From Alphaproteobacteria bacterium (GTDB lineage: Bacteria; Pseudomonadota; Alphaproteobacteria; Micavibrionales; SZUA-601): a stretch of 64,000 bases of DNA. Of the stretch, positions 40,622-50,547 are shown piece by piece; the first letter of the stretch is position 1, and every line of letters begins with the position of its first letter. The stretch is taken from positions 1,201,679 through 1,265,678 of the forward strand of contig OZ244156.1 in the NCBI GenBank assembly GCA_965216395.1. The letters are read 5' to 3'. A model generated the notes under the pieces. That model made no database searches, had not been told where the DNA came from, and saw only the letters and a program-made list of their open reading frames with translations. Position numbers and translations under genes: made by a program.

Positions 40622-41421
40622 AAATCCTCTTTATCGGTGACCTATACGGAAAATGTGGGCGTCAAACTCTAAAAAAATACCTTCCCCAAATCAAAGAACA
40701 GTACCAACCTGATTTTACAATTGCCAATGTTGATAACGCGGCGCACGGGTTCGGGGTCACATGGGATATCACAAAAAATCTTTTAGAGTTTGGGGTTGAT
40801 GCGCTCACGGGTGGAGATCATATCTGGAACCAACGCGATATTATACACCATATTGATCAAGAACCACGTCTGCTAAGACCTGATAATTTCCCCAAAGATG
40901 TACCGGGAAAAGGTGTCCATATTCTTGAAAAAAATGGTAAAAAACTTTTATTGGTTCATTTATTAGGCCGAACCTTTATGAACCCTGTTGATGATCCTTT
41001 TGCTGCGATGCACAATATCTTTAAAAACTATCATATGGGTCGAAGTATTGATGCAATCTTCCTTGACTTCCATGCCGAGGCCAGTTCCGAAGCTTTTACG
41101 ATGGGGCATTATTGCGATGGCCATGTTTCGGCCGTGATTGGCACGCATACACACATCCCCACCGCGGATGACCACATTTTAAAAAATGGCACCGCATATA
41201 TGACCGATGTCGGCATGACAGGCGATTATGACAGTGTCATTGGCGCCCAAAAAGATGAGCTTTTTAATCGTTTCGTCAAAAAAATGAATCTCAGTCGTCT
41301 ACAACCCGCCACTGGCGAAGGTACGCTGTGTGGCGTAATCATTGAAACAAACGATACGACTGGCCTTGCAGAAAATATTACACCCATCCGAATGGGTGGT
41401 GTGCTTAAAAGTACGAATTAA
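40618..41421 (+). CDS. ymdB: YmdB/TIGR00282 family metallophosphoesterase
   Basis: LFIGDLYG, NAAHGFG, LLRPDN, DFHAEASSE, GTHTHIPTAD, TDVGMTG. Confidence 0.93.
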   Translation: MKILFIGDLYGKCGRQTLKKYLPQIKEQYQPDFTIANVDNAAHGFGVTWDITKNLLEFGVDALTGGDHIWNQRDIIHHIDQEPRLLRPDNFPKDVPGKGVHILEKNGKKLLLVHLLGRTFMNPVDDPFAAMHNIFKNYHMGRSIDAIFLDFHAEASSEAFTMGHYCDGHVSAVIGTHTHIPTADDHILKNGTAYMTDVGMTGDYDSVIGAQKDELFNRFVKKMNLSRLQPATGEGTLCGVIIETNDTTGLAENITPIRMGGVLKSTN

Positions 41422-41981
41422 TTTATAAGCACCATAGCGTTTTTAATATCTTCAATTATAGTTGCCATCCCACCCTTAACATATCGAATACCGTTCGGGT
41501 GATAAGTAGAACATACTTTGATATCATCAAAGATCGTCGTCACAATTCCATGTTCTTCTTTAATTTTGATTGGTTTATTTGTAAGCCTTTCGTAGGCCAC
41601 CTTGCCTAAGGTAATAATCAATTGTGGTTTAATAATTTTTATTTGATCATATAAATAAGGATAGCATTTTTCTATTTCACGCTTTTTAGGTCTCCTATTT
41701 TCTGGGGGCCAACATTTTACCATATTGGTAACAAAAAAAACATTCTTTCTGTCAATTCCAAGTTGCATGAGAATATTATCAAATATTTTGCCACCATGAC
41801 CAACAAAAGGTTTTCCGGTTTCATCATTAACTTTTCCCGGCGCTTCACCGATGAACATGATTTTGCTGTGTACAGGACCTTCGCCCGGAACGGTTTTATT
41901 TCTGGTTAGACATAAATTACACTTAGTGCATTTACTTACACTGTTTTCGATATTGTCGAGCTTTTTAACAGAATATGACAT
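41418..41981 (-). CDS. Family 4 uracil-DNA glycosylase ([4Fe-4S] type)
   Basis: CTKCNL, IGEAPG, PFVG, TNMVKCWPPENR, TYHP. Confidence 0.92.
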   Translation of the reverse strand: MSYSVKKLDNIENSVSKCTKCNLCLTRNKTVPGEGPVHSKIMFIGEAPGKVNDETGKPFVGHGGKIFDNILMQLGIDRKNVFFVTNMVKCWPPENRRPKKREIEKCYPYLYDQIKIIKPQLIITLGKVAYERLTNKPIKIKEEHGIVTTIFDDIKVCSTYHPNGIRYVKGGMATIIEDIKNAMVLIN

Positions 41982-42039
41982 TCGTATTACACTACAAAGA
42001 ATTTACACACTAAACAAGATTGAATAAGAAAACTTCTAC

Positions 42040-42534
42040 CTAAGACAAAACTTGTGAAGAGGCTTTCATCAAACCTTTAATTAATTCCTTGGTTTGATCA
42101 GTATCATCAAGTTTACCACCTAATTTAATGGTGGCTTGTAGCGTTTGATAATGGAGTTCAAGAACCTTGATAACCTCTGTATTAAGATCATCAAGCATAT
42201 CGGTTAATTGATAAAGACTGGTGGCTACATCGGCCACCACTGGATAATCAAACATCCCCGCATTAGATTTTAATTCAAACGAAGCGGCGTTGATTTCCCG
42301 AATAATTTGTTCGACTTTTTTATTATCCGCTTTTGCCGCAGTAATAGCTTCGGCGATAACGGTCATATCCCCGCGTGCAATATCAATAAATTTTTCTGAA
42401 GAATCTGCCATAGTTTTTTCTGCCTTCGCAATCTTTTCAGAAGGAATACCGCCCTCCCCCAGTTTTTCTTTAAGTGTATTTTCTGGTGTGACAATTTTGA
42501 CCGCATCATTTTGATTTGTTGGTTTGTCTGTCAT
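42040..42534 (-). CDS. Hpt-like helical bundle protein lacking the phospho-accepting His
   Basis: ASFELKSNAGMFDYP aligns with the Hpt AHxLKGxxG motif with H replaced by F; follows the response regulator. Confidence 0.6.
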   Translation of the reverse strand: MTDKPTNQNDAVKIVTPENTLKEKLGEGGIPSEKIAKAEKTMADSSEKFIDIARGDMTVIAEAITAAKADNKKVEQIIREINAASFELKSNAGMFDYPVVADVATSLYQLTDMLDDLNTEVIKVLELHYQTLQATIKLGGKLDDTDQTKELIKGLMKASSQVLS

Positions 42535-42555
42535 TTTTGGTATTACCGTAAATTT

Positions 42556-43128
42556 TTATGAGCCATTTTGATTTTTGACATTTCCACCACGCAGGTCAAG
42601 ATATTTCGAACTCTTCTTCGATTTTTCTGCGATTTTATCTTCATCTTCACGACGCTTTAATTCAGGGATATCCACCTCTTGATCACGACGACGTCTGTCT
42701 GGTCCAACAAAATCTGGTGAAATAACAAACTGTCTTGGATTTTCAACAATATGGGTTAGATGACGTGCTAAACCTTGGACGGTAAAGGGTTTAATCAAAA
42801 ATTCTGTCACCCCTGCATCACGTGCCAAAAAAACGCGTTCTTTATTTGTAAAACCTGTTGTCATGATAATGGGGATATGGGGCGTATGGCTCAATTCATC
42901 GGTACGAATGCGCCGGGTCAATTCAATCCCATCAACCTGTTCCATGCGCCAATCCACAATCATAATATCAGGTTTGTTCTTAAGATAAGATTGCCACCCT
43001 CTTTCCCCATCATCAGCCATAAAAATTGTACCCACGCCCAGATCCATCAATAATGAGCGCACCAACATGCGAATGGGTTGATTATCATCAACAACCAAAA
43101 TTTTTAAACGGCTCAACTTATATGACAT
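42556..43128 (-). CDS. CheY-like response regulator with Arg-rich C-terminal (Cle-type) motif
   Basis: VVDDN, IVDW, MTTG, IKPF receiver residues intact; C-terminal FVGPDRRRR. Confidence 0.88.
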   Translation of the reverse strand: MSYKLSRLKILVVDDNQPIRMLVRSLLMDLGVGTIFMADDGERGWQSYLKNKPDIMIVDWRMEQVDGIELTRRIRTDELSHTPHIPIIMTTGFTNKERVFLARDAGVTEFLIKPFTVQGLARHLTHIVENPRQFVISPDFVGPDRRRRDQEVDIPELKRREDEDKIAEKSKKSSKYLDLRGGNVKNQNGS

Positions 43129-43260
43129 AGATCGTTTCCGAAATTAATTTTATTTCAATCTATCTTAGCAATAAAAAGTTAAGATTAATAAAGAAAAAAC
43201 GCCACAATTCTTTAAAAACAAGGCAATAAACCATACTTTAATAACCAATCGCACAATATC

Positions 43261-43289
43261 TTGTCATTGTTTGGCACACGCTTTACAAT
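43261..43289 (+). promoter_or_regulatory. Sigma-70-type promoter of the yebC-ruv operon
   Basis: TTGTCA-N17-TACAAT, 36 nt upstream of the yebC ATG. Confidence 0.6.
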
Positions 43290-43325
43290 AAAATCCATCA
43301 AATAAATAAAGAAAGATCATAACCA

Positions 43326-44078
43326 ATGGCTGGCCATTCAAAATTTAAAAATATTCAACACCGAAAAGGCGCTCAAGACAAAAAACGGGCCAAGGTTTTT
43401 AATCGGATTGCTAAAGAAATCACTGTTGCTGTCAAAATGGGGGGTAGTGGCGATCCGGCTATGAACCCAAGATTACGCACAGCTATTTCGGCGGCAAAAT
43501 CAGCGAATATGCCCAATGACCGCATAAAGAGAGCGATTCAAAGTGGTGAAGGCACGGGTGAAGGTGCCGATTACGAAGAAATTCGTTACGAAGGCTATGG
43601 CGCCGGTGGTATTGCCGTCGTGGTTGAATGTTTAACAGATAACCGTAACCGGTCAGCCTCAGAAGTACGCACCGCTTTTTCTCGCAATGGTGGAACGATG
43701 GGTGAAACGGGCTCTGTCGCTTTCATGTTCGAACATGTGGGTAATATCGTTTACAGTGCTGATAAAATGAGTGAAGATGATATTTTCGAAGCCGCGGTTG
43801 AATTTGGCGCGGATAATGTTGAAAGTGACCAAGACACCCATGATATCACCACCAGTTTAGAACAATTTGCGAGTGTGCTTGAAAAATTAGAAGAAAAATA
43901 TGGCGAAGCACAATCGAGCGGTCTTATCTGGAAACCCAATAACTTAGTTAATGTTGACGGTGAACAGGCCGAAACGGTTATGAAATTGATGGATGCGCTG
44001 GATGATTTAGATGATGTTCAAAATGTCTATGCTAATTTTGATATTTCTGACGATATCTTAGAAAAGTTGGCTTCATGA
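43326..44078 (+). CDS. yebC: YebC/PmpR family protein
   Basis: MAGHSKFKNIQHRKG, NPRLR, YEGYG, LTDNRNR, DDVQNVYAN. Confidence 0.96.
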   Translation: MAGHSKFKNIQHRKGAQDKKRAKVFNRIAKEITVAVKMGGSGDPAMNPRLRTAISAAKSANMPNDRIKRAIQSGEGTGEGADYEEIRYEGYGAGGIAVVVECLTDNRNRSASEVRTAFSRNGGTMGETGSVAFMFEHVGNIVYSADKMSEDDIFEAAVEFGADNVESDQDTHDITTSLEQFASVLEKLEEKYGEAQSSGLIWKPNNLVNVDGEQAETVMKLMDALDDLDDVQNVYANFDISDDILEKLAS

Positions 44079-44569
44079 GAATTATCGGCTTAGATCCCGG
44101 TTTACGTCACACAGGATGGGGTATTATTGATGTGGTTGGTAATCGTCTTGTTCCCGTTGCGGGGGGCACAATTAATACAGACGCCCAAAAAGATATGGCT
44201 TGGCGACTAAAACAGATTCATGACGGGCTTACCCAAATTATCCAAGAATGGAACCCTGACATGGCCGCCGTGGAAGAAACTTTTGTCAATAATAATCCGA
44301 AATCGACTTTAAAATTAGGCATGGCACGTGGTGTTGTAATGCTGGCCCCTGCTCTACATAATTTAGATGTTTACGAATATTCGGCCAATGCGGTTAAAAA
44401 ATCGGTTGTCGGGGCCGGCCATGCCAATAAAAATCAGATACAAATGATGGTCAAAACACTTTTACCTAAAGCGCATCTGGACACACCTGATACCGCTGAT
44501 GCTTATGCCATTGCGATTTGCCACGCCCATCATTATCAAAGCCACCTCATTAAGGAGAAAATATCATGA
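44075..44569 (+). CDS. ruvC: Holliday junction resolvase
   Basis: IGLDPG..TGWG, AVEETF, KLGMARG, VKKSVVG, DTADAYAIAICH. Confidence 0.96.
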   Translation: MRIIGLDPGLRHTGWGIIDVVGNRLVPVAGGTINTDAQKDMAWRLKQIHDGLTQIIQEWNPDMAAVEETFVNNNPKSTLKLGMARGVVMLAPALHNLDVYEYSANAVKKSVVGAGHANKNQIQMMVKTLLPKAHLDTPDTADAYAIAICHAHHYQSHLIKEKIS

Positions 44570-45225
44570 ATAAAACCTATATCTTAACGGGAGGCAGCGA
44601 TGGTCTTGGTGCCGCATTTGGCCAAAAATGTGTTGAAAATGGTATTAAAATTATTTGCCTGAGCCGTTCAAAACCAAACTATGACGCGATCCATATTGTA
44701 ACCGATTTATCCGTGCAAAGTGATATCGAAAACGCCGCGCAAGAAGTTAAAGAGAAGTATCCTTTCGATGCACTGATTCATTGTGCGGGGATTTTTAATC
44801 AATACGCAGCTGGTGAAATCAATTATGAATCCATCGAAAAGTTATTCAAAGTTAATGTTTTTGCATCCATATACCTTACTTCACAGCTTTTTGATCATAT
44901 CAAAATAAATAATGCTGATATTTTAGTCACTGGTTCATCAATTGCGAATAAAGGTTATCCCGAATTGGCCTCTTACGGTGCTTCAAAATGGGCGGGGCGG
45001 GGAATAAGCCAAAATTTTCGTGCCGAATTGAAAGATAGCAATTGCCGTGTTATTCAGTTTAATCCAGGTGGTTTTAAATCAAATATGTATAAAAAATCAA
45101 ACCATCCTGATACGGATATGTCTCAATTTATGGACACGAAAGATATAGCAAACATCATGTATTTCTCTCTACAACTGCCTAAAAATGTTGAAGTATCTGA
45201 AATTTTTGTAAATCGAAAGGTTTAA
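44566..45225 (+). CDS. Short-chain dehydrogenase/reductase (SDR)
   Basis: TGGSDGLG, HCAG, YGASK, NPGG. Confidence 0.9.
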   Translation: MNKTYILTGGSDGLGAAFGQKCVENGIKIICLSRSKPNYDAIHIVTDLSVQSDIENAAQEVKEKYPFDALIHCAGIFNQYAAGEINYESIEKLFKVNVFASIYLTSQLFDHIKINNADILVTGSSIANKGYPELASYGASKWAGRGISQNFRAELKDSNCRVIQFNPGGFKSNMYKKSNHPDTDMSQFMDTKDIANIMYFSLQLPKNVEVSEIFVNRKV

Positions 45226-45227
45226 CA

Positions 45228-45848
45228 ATGATCGCCCTCCTGAAAGGTATAATCGAAGCGCTTGACACAAATTCCGTATTATTAGATGTCAATGGCGTGG
45301 GGTATGAAGTATTTGCTTCCGCGCGTACCTTGTCGAAAATTGGGGGTATCGGCGAAGCAACAAAGCTTTATATCCACACTCATGTGCGTGAGGACCATAT
45401 TCATTTATTTGGTTTTGCCGATACACAGGAAAAAGAATGGTTTAATATCCTCACCACTGTTCAAGGGGTTGGTGCCAAAATGGGTCTCAATATTCTCTCC
45501 TCAATTCCAGCAGAAAATATTGCCACCATTATTGCCGCCCAAGATAAGGCCGCGCTAACCCAAATCAGTGGTGTGGGGCCAAAACTGGCCGGCCGATTAT
45601 TAACCGAATTAAAAGATAAGGCTGGAAAAATGGCTTTATCCACGCCAATTTCATCAATAACAACATCGTCTAATACACAGCAAACCTCATCTTTGACCCC
45701 ATCCAATACAGCGCAGGACGCGGTTTCAGCCTTGGTTAATTTAGGTTATGGCCAAACAGAAGCCTTTTCGGCTATTGCTAAAATCTCTGATCAAAGCGAT
45801 AATGTGCAAACGCTTATTACTCTTGGCCTTAAGGAACTCAGTACATGA
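45228..45848 (+). CDS. ruvA: Holliday junction branch migration protein RuvA
   Basis: DVNGVGYEV, VREDHIHLFGF, VQGVGAK, DAVSALVNLGY. Confidence 0.97.
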   Translation: MIALLKGIIEALDTNSVLLDVNGVGYEVFASARTLSKIGGIGEATKLYIHTHVREDHIHLFGFADTQEKEWFNILTTVQGVGAKMGLNILSSIPAENIATIIAAQDKAALTQISGVGPKLAGRLLTELKDKAGKMALSTPISSITTSSNTQQTSSLTPSNTAQDAVSALVNLGYGQTEAFSAIAKISDQSDNVQTLITLGLKELST

Positions 45849-46726
45849 ATAAAAAATCTTCAATTATTCTCTCAGTTGCCTTAGCCGTTATTATCAGTTT
45901 ATTTCTCAACAATTATTTCTTGAAAAAAGATATAAATCAATCTACTGAAACATCGGTTTTTAACCGCGTCATTGATAGTAATACTTTGCGATGCGGATAT
46001 GGGCTTTGGGAATATGGTCTGGAAAAAGACCCCAATACCGGTGAAATGAGTGGTTTTGTCGTTGAAATGATGGAAGAATTAACGCAATCTATGGGAATTA
46101 AGCTTGAATGGGTGGAAGAAATCAATTGGGGACAAGTGCCCGTCGCCCTTGAAACAAGAAAAATCGATGCAATGTGTGCCGGTCTTTGGGCCAGTGCGCA
46201 TTTAGCACCCAAAATTGGTTTTACCGATCCGCTTTTTTATAATTCAGTTCATGCGTTTGTGCGCGCAGATGATACACGTTTTGGCGATGATCCGATTGCC
46301 AATTTTCAACGAATTAACCAAAATGATATTAAAACATCGGTCAATGACAAAGATATCACCGAAGAGATTACCGATCGTTATTTTCCACAAACACAGAAAG
46401 TATATAAAGGCCAACTGGGTGGTAATGATATATTGATGATGAATGTGATTAATAAAAAAGCGGATATTTTTTTCCTTAATGAAGGTGAAGTTGTCGGGTT
46501 TTCAAAAAACAATCCCGGTCAATTAAAAAAAGTTAAACTGGCGAAACCGTTACGCGTTTATCCCGCAACCATTGCCGTTGATATCGATGAATATCAATTG
46601 CTTGAAATGCTCAATACAGGTATTCATCAACTGCATAATAATGGTATTATTGCTGATATGCATAAAAAATATGAGCAAGAATCGCCTGATCTTTTTACAC
46701 TTCCTCAATCAAAGTATAGTCAATAA
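45845..46726 (+). CDS. Family 3 solute-binding protein (amino-acid-binding type), membrane-anchored, orphan
   Basis: N-terminal TM/signal, [34 protein letters not shown]. Confidence 0.82.
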   Translation: MNKKSSIILSVALAVIISLFLNNYFLKKDINQSTETSVFNRVIDSNTLRCGYGLWEYGLEKDPNTGEMSGFVVEMMEELTQSMGIKLEWVEEINWGQVPVALETRKIDAMCAGLWASAHLAPKIGFTDPLFYNSVHAFVRADDTRFGDDPIANFQRINQNDIKTSVNDKDITEEITDRYFPQTQKVYKGQLGGNDILMMNVINKKADIFFLNEGEVVGFSKNNPGQLKKVKLAKPLRVYPATIAVDIDEYQLLEMLNTGIHQLHNNGIIADMHKKYEQESPDLFTLPQSKYSQ

Positions 46727-47757
46727 TGAACACACCCGATCGTCTTATAGATACAAAAGAACAAGTGGAAGATAGTCCAGAAAAGGCACTCCGCCCCAAA
46801 TTCTTGGCTGAATTTATTGGTCAAACCAAAACATGTGCTAATTTAAAGATTTTTGTTGATGCGGCCAAACAACGCGGTGAAGCGCTTGATCATGTACTGA
46901 TTGCTGGCCCACCGGGTTTGGGCAAAACCACATTGGCACAAATTATCGCCCGTGAATTAGGGGTAGGTTTTCGTGCCACTTCAGGGCCAGTTATTGCCCG
47001 CGCAGGAGATTTGGCCGCGATTTTGACCAATTTACAAGCTAATGATGTACTTTTTATTGATGAAATTCATCGTCTTTCTCCCGTAGTGGAAGAAATTCTC
47101 TATCCCGCGATGGAGGATAATAAATTGGATCTTATTATTGGCGAAGGACCCGCCGCCCGTTCGGTGCAAATTGATTTACCGCCCTTCACACTTGTAGCGG
47201 CAACGACACGTTCTGGCTTATTAACCACCCCTTTGCGTGATCGCTTTGGCATACCGCTTCGCCTTGATTATTACAGTGCTACTGATTTATCCGATATCGT
47301 TACCCGTGCGGGAAAATTATTAGATATGATAATTACTCAAAAAGGGGCCTATGAAATTGCCAAACGTTCACGGGGAACGCCCCGTGTGGCCGGTCGTCTA
47401 ATCCGGCGCGTGCGCGATATTGTTTCCTCACTCAATGTTGAAGAAATTGATGAAAAAACAGCGGATCAAGCCCTCAAACAACTGGATGTTGATGATCACG
47501 GTCTGGATCATATGGATCAACGTTATTTAAAAGTGATTGCTGAACATTATGCTGGTGGCCCTGTAGGTATTGAAACACTCTCAGCCACATTAGGTGAAGA
47601 ACGCGATGTTTTAGAAGATGTGATTGAACCATTTTTATTGCAAAAAGGTCTTGTACAGCGCACCCCGCGCGGGCGTATGCTTTCAAGCGCTGGTTTTAAA
47701 TATTTAGGTCTGGAAAAACCAAAAACAGAAAGATCGCAGCAAGGCGAATTACTTTAA
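46726..47757 (+). CDS. ruvB: Holliday junction DNA helicase RuvB
   Basis: [44 protein letters not shown]. Confidence 0.98.
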   Translation: MNTPDRLIDTKEQVEDSPEKALRPKFLAEFIGQTKTCANLKIFVDAAKQRGEALDHVLIAGPPGLGKTTLAQIIARELGVGFRATSGPVIARAGDLAAILTNLQANDVLFIDEIHRLSPVVEEILYPAMEDNKLDLIIGEGPAARSVQIDLPPFTLVAATTRSGLLTTPLRDRFGIPLRLDYYSATDLSDIVTRAGKLLDMIITQKGAYEIAKRSRGTPRVAGRLIRRVRDIVSSLNVEEIDEKTADQALKQLDVDDHGLDHMDQRYLKVIAEHYAGGPVGIETLSATLGEERDVLEDVIEPFLLQKGLVQRTPRGRMLSSAGFKYLGLEKPKTERSQQGELL

Positions 47758-48408
47758 TTTTTCTTGGTCGGATATAATGGTGGCATTATTCCAATGCACC
47801 ATAAATTGTTGGCGCGCCGAGTCTGCAATCGTTTGATTTTCAATGATAATCACCCTCTCTGGAGGGCCCCATGTCATAATTGAGTAACTGTTGCCATATA
47901 CTGCATAAGGAACCTGAGTAAAAATGCTTTTATCAACCCAACGATACTCCGTTGTGCTACTGGGTGCATATAAAAATTCGTCACTTTCACAAATAAGAAT
48001 TTTTTCTTTCCATTTTTTTTGCTCAAAAAGTTTATAGTAACGCGCCAGTTCTTTTTCATTTCTAGCAACAAATTCTCTTTCATCAATGCCAGACATAAGT
48101 GTATCTCCGCCATAGATAGATATTTTTTTAATAATATCATTTAACCATTTTTGGACAACTTCTTTGCCTTCAACAATTTCAACATTAAAATGTTCTTGGC
48201 GTTGGCAAACACCATCTTGGCGAATAAACTCAATCCCAAAACTCTCTAAAGATGATTTTATCCCCTCTAAGGTTTTAACCCGTGGGGAGGTCACGCCACG
48301 CTCAATGTTATTGAGTGATGTTAAAGATATATTCGAAGCCGTGGCAAGTTCTGACTGTTTCAGTCCCAACAACGCGCGCGCCGCCTTGATTTGCTCAATC
48401 GTAATCAT
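47749..48408 (-). CDS. XRE-family HTH regulator with C-terminal putative ligand-binding domain
   Basis: [29 protein letters not shown]; about 150-aa C-terminal domain ending [19 protein letters not shown]. Confidence 0.85.
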   Translation of the reverse strand: MITIEQIKAARALLGLKQSELATASNISLTSLNNIERGVTSPRVKTLEGIKSSLESFGIEFIRQDGVCQRQEHFNVEIVEGKEVVQKWLNDIIKKISIYGGDTLMSGIDEREFVARNEKELARYYKLFEQKKWKEKILICESDEFLYAPSSTTEYRWVDKSIFTQVPYAVYGNSYSIMTWGPPERVIIIENQTIADSARQQFMVHWNNATIISDQEKLK

Positions 48409-48548
48409 TTATTAATTGACAACCTTTTACTATATGGTATTAATATATGCATTATATACATGAAAATGTGTTTAAAACAATCTTTAAAATCAAATTCTTT
48501 GTATAGTGCCCAAATTTTATCAATTGAACCTATACGAAGGAGAAAATA

Positions 48549-49211
48549 ATGAACGAACAAACAATAGGTCGAACGAAACAAATCACAGACCGCAGTATCT
48601 TAGGATTTGCCGCGCTATTTGGTATTTATTGCGGGGCTGTTGCCCTTGGTGGTCCCCATGGCGCAAAATTGGTTGGTATTGGCCCGCTGGTTTTCGACGC
48701 AGGCCTTGTGACATACTCTTTATCTTTTATGATGACCGATATTTGTAGTGAAGTATACGGCAAGTTTTATTCACGTAAGATGGTTTTAGGCGGATTTTTT
48801 GCTTTGATTGCCGCCCTAATCACAACACAAATCGCCATGTCAGTTCCCGCAGCCGCCGAATGGGAATTGGCCAACGAATATGTTTCAGTTTTTGGCGCTG
48901 GTAGCCGTTTGGTCATCGCAGCTATGGTAACTTTTATTGTCAGCCAGTTTGTCGATATTCAAGTTTTTACATGGATTAGACGGAAAACAGGTGGCAAATA
49001 TTTGTGGCTAAGGAATAATTTATCCACCCTAGCTGGTGGTGCGATGGATGCAATTATTTTCAGTACAATTGCTTTTTATGGCGTTTATCCCGTTTTACCG
49101 ATTATTTTATCCGCTTATACGATAAGAATTTTTATCTCATTGATTGACACACCGTTGGTTTATCTTGGTGTGTGGATTCTGCGAAAAAAATATCCAGAAT
49201 TGAAGAAGTAA
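48549..49211 (+). CDS. yhhQ: Queuosine precursor transporter (YhhQ / VUT family)
   Basis: About six TM helices; TDICSEVYG, SQFVDIQVF, WLRNNLST, IDTP; SD AAGGAG. Confidence 0.9.
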   Translation: MNEQTIGRTKQITDRSILGFAALFGIYCGAVALGGPHGAKLVGIGPLVFDAGLVTYSLSFMMTDICSEVYGKFYSRKMVLGGFFALIAALITTQIAMSVPAAAEWELANEYVSVFGAGSRLVIAAMVTFIVSQFVDIQVFTWIRRKTGGKYLWLRNNLSTLAGGAMDAIIFSTIAFYGVYPVLPIILSAYTIRIFISLIDTPLVYLGVWILRKKYPELKK

Positions 49212-49239
49212 TTTACAAACAAGTCAAAAATTTACAGAT

Positions 49240-49269
49240 AAAAGCGATATTTAACGATATCGCTTTTTT
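49240..49269. terminator. Bidirectional terminator between yhhQ and the phosphatase operon
   Basis: AAAAGCGATAT-N6-ATATCGCTTTTTT. Confidence 0.75.
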
Positions 49270-49283
49270 ATTTCATTGATAAA

Positions 49284-49919
49284 TTAAGAAACAAGCCGCA
49301 GATCACCGCCCGTTGCTGTTATTTTAACAACCTGTGTATTAACGATTGGTTCTGTAGAACAAGCATTTTTGAAAGCTTTCATACCAGTGTTAGAAACCAA
49401 ATCATAACCTGATATCGACATCATTATCATTTTCATATAAAGCGCATGGCTAAAAATAGGTTGGAACCTATCTTTATTGACGATCATAAATTCTTTGAAT
49501 TGTCGCCCACGGTCGCAAAATTCTCGGAATGTTTCGGCATTCGGACCATCACGATAATCAGGATCGCCGCGATTCCAATAATCTTGGACGGCCTGTTTAC
49601 GTTCTTGCGATGTTGTACCGTTATATACGGATGGCTCCAGATAAGTAAATTCATGCACAAAATCAAGAAGTTCTGACTGAACATCCGGAAATTTACCGAT
49701 CGTTGGCGCGGCTGTTAGATATGTACGCTTAAATTGTGAGTAATAAATAATATCCGGTTTTTGAATAATTTTCTTTGAAACAGCACGGGCTTGCTTTTCA
49801 CCCGTTTCTGTTAGAGGGATATCTATATGATTGGCCGTTCTATGTCCAATATTCGCCATACTTTCGCCATGACGGATTAACCAAGTTTCAACGCTAATCA
49901 AGTTCTTCCTCTTGATCAT
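49284..49919 (-). CDS. Histidine phosphatase (phosphoglycerate mutase-like) family protein, paralog 2
   Basis: LIRHGES, KRTYLTA, HEFTYL, AETF, FSHA. Confidence 0.9.
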   Translation of the reverse strand: MIKRKNLISVETWLIRHGESMANIGHRTANHIDIPLTETGEKQARAVSKKIIQKPDIIYYSQFKRTYLTAAPTIGKFPDVQSELLDFVHEFTYLEPSVYNGTTSQERKQAVQDYWNRGDPDYRDGPNAETFREFCDRGRQFKEFMIVNKDRFQPIFSHALYMKMIMMSISGYDLVSNTGMKAFKNACSTEPIVNTQVVKITATGGDLRLVS

Positions 49920-50547
49920 TGCCAGTGTTTTTTAAAAAACCAAAATCAAAAATAAATTCATTATCTGTAATTTTTAATTCAATAATTTCGCCATTTTGTA
50001 CAGTACGATAAGGTTTTTTGTGATAAAGATGTTCCAAATATTCACGTGTAGTTAAACTAGGCTTAGAAAGCAATAAACACATTAAACGAATAAAGCGTCC
50101 GTGAGAAAACACAACTGTAAACTCATTAGATGAAGTTTTCAACGTATCAAGCGTATCTTTGACTCTTTCTAAAAGGTCAAAAAAAGACTCTGCGCCCTCA
50201 CCATCATTATATTCTGGGTCATATCTTGTCCAATATTCTTCTGCCATTGGCCGACGCTCAGCTTTCGTTGTTCCTTTCCACTTGCTAAGGTTTAGATAGA
50301 CAAATTCTTGAACATCCCATACCTCAACAGGCACATCGGGAAATTTAGCGATCGTGGGCGCAGCTGTTTGATGCGTGCGGACATGCTTGGATAGTATAAT
50401 TTGAGATGGCTTTTCAATAACCTGATCCGCTACTTTTTTTGCTTGTTCATGACCGATGTCTGTTAACGTGATTGAAATGGGACATTCTGTTTTTAAACCA
50501 GCATTGCCAATACTTTCACCATGACGAACGAACCAAACTTTATGCAT
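49894..50547 (-). CDS. Histidine phosphatase family protein, paralog 1
   Basis: FVRHGES, VRTHQTA, QEFVYL, GAESF, FSHG. Confidence 0.92.
   Translation of the reverse strand: MHKVWFVRHGESIGNAGLKTECPISITLTDIGHEQAKKVADQVIEKPSQIILSKHVRTHQTAAPTIAKFPDVPVEVWDVQEFVYLNLSKWKGTTKAERRPMAEEYWTRYDPEYNDGEGAESFFDLLERVKDTLDTLKTSSNEFTVVFSHGRFIRLMCLLLSKPSLTTREYLEHLYHKKPYRTVQNGEIIELKITDNEFIFDFGFLKNTGNDQEEELD

Noticed and set aside
43271-43287. Sigma-54-like TTGGCACACGCTTTACA upstream of yebC
   Set aside because: The invariant -12 GC is AC; an overlapping TTGTCA-N17-TACAAT sigma-70 promoter explains the region better
48409-48548. preQ1 riboswitch upstream of yhhQ
   Set aside because: No GGTTC..CCC stem-loop with an A-rich tail or other structured element; the leader is unstructured AT-rich DNA
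48506-48748. 80-aa Trp/Cys-rich ORF overlapping the yhhQ start
   Set aside because: Alternative frame of yhhQ with a GTG start and no SD; yhhQ has the clear SD and family motifs
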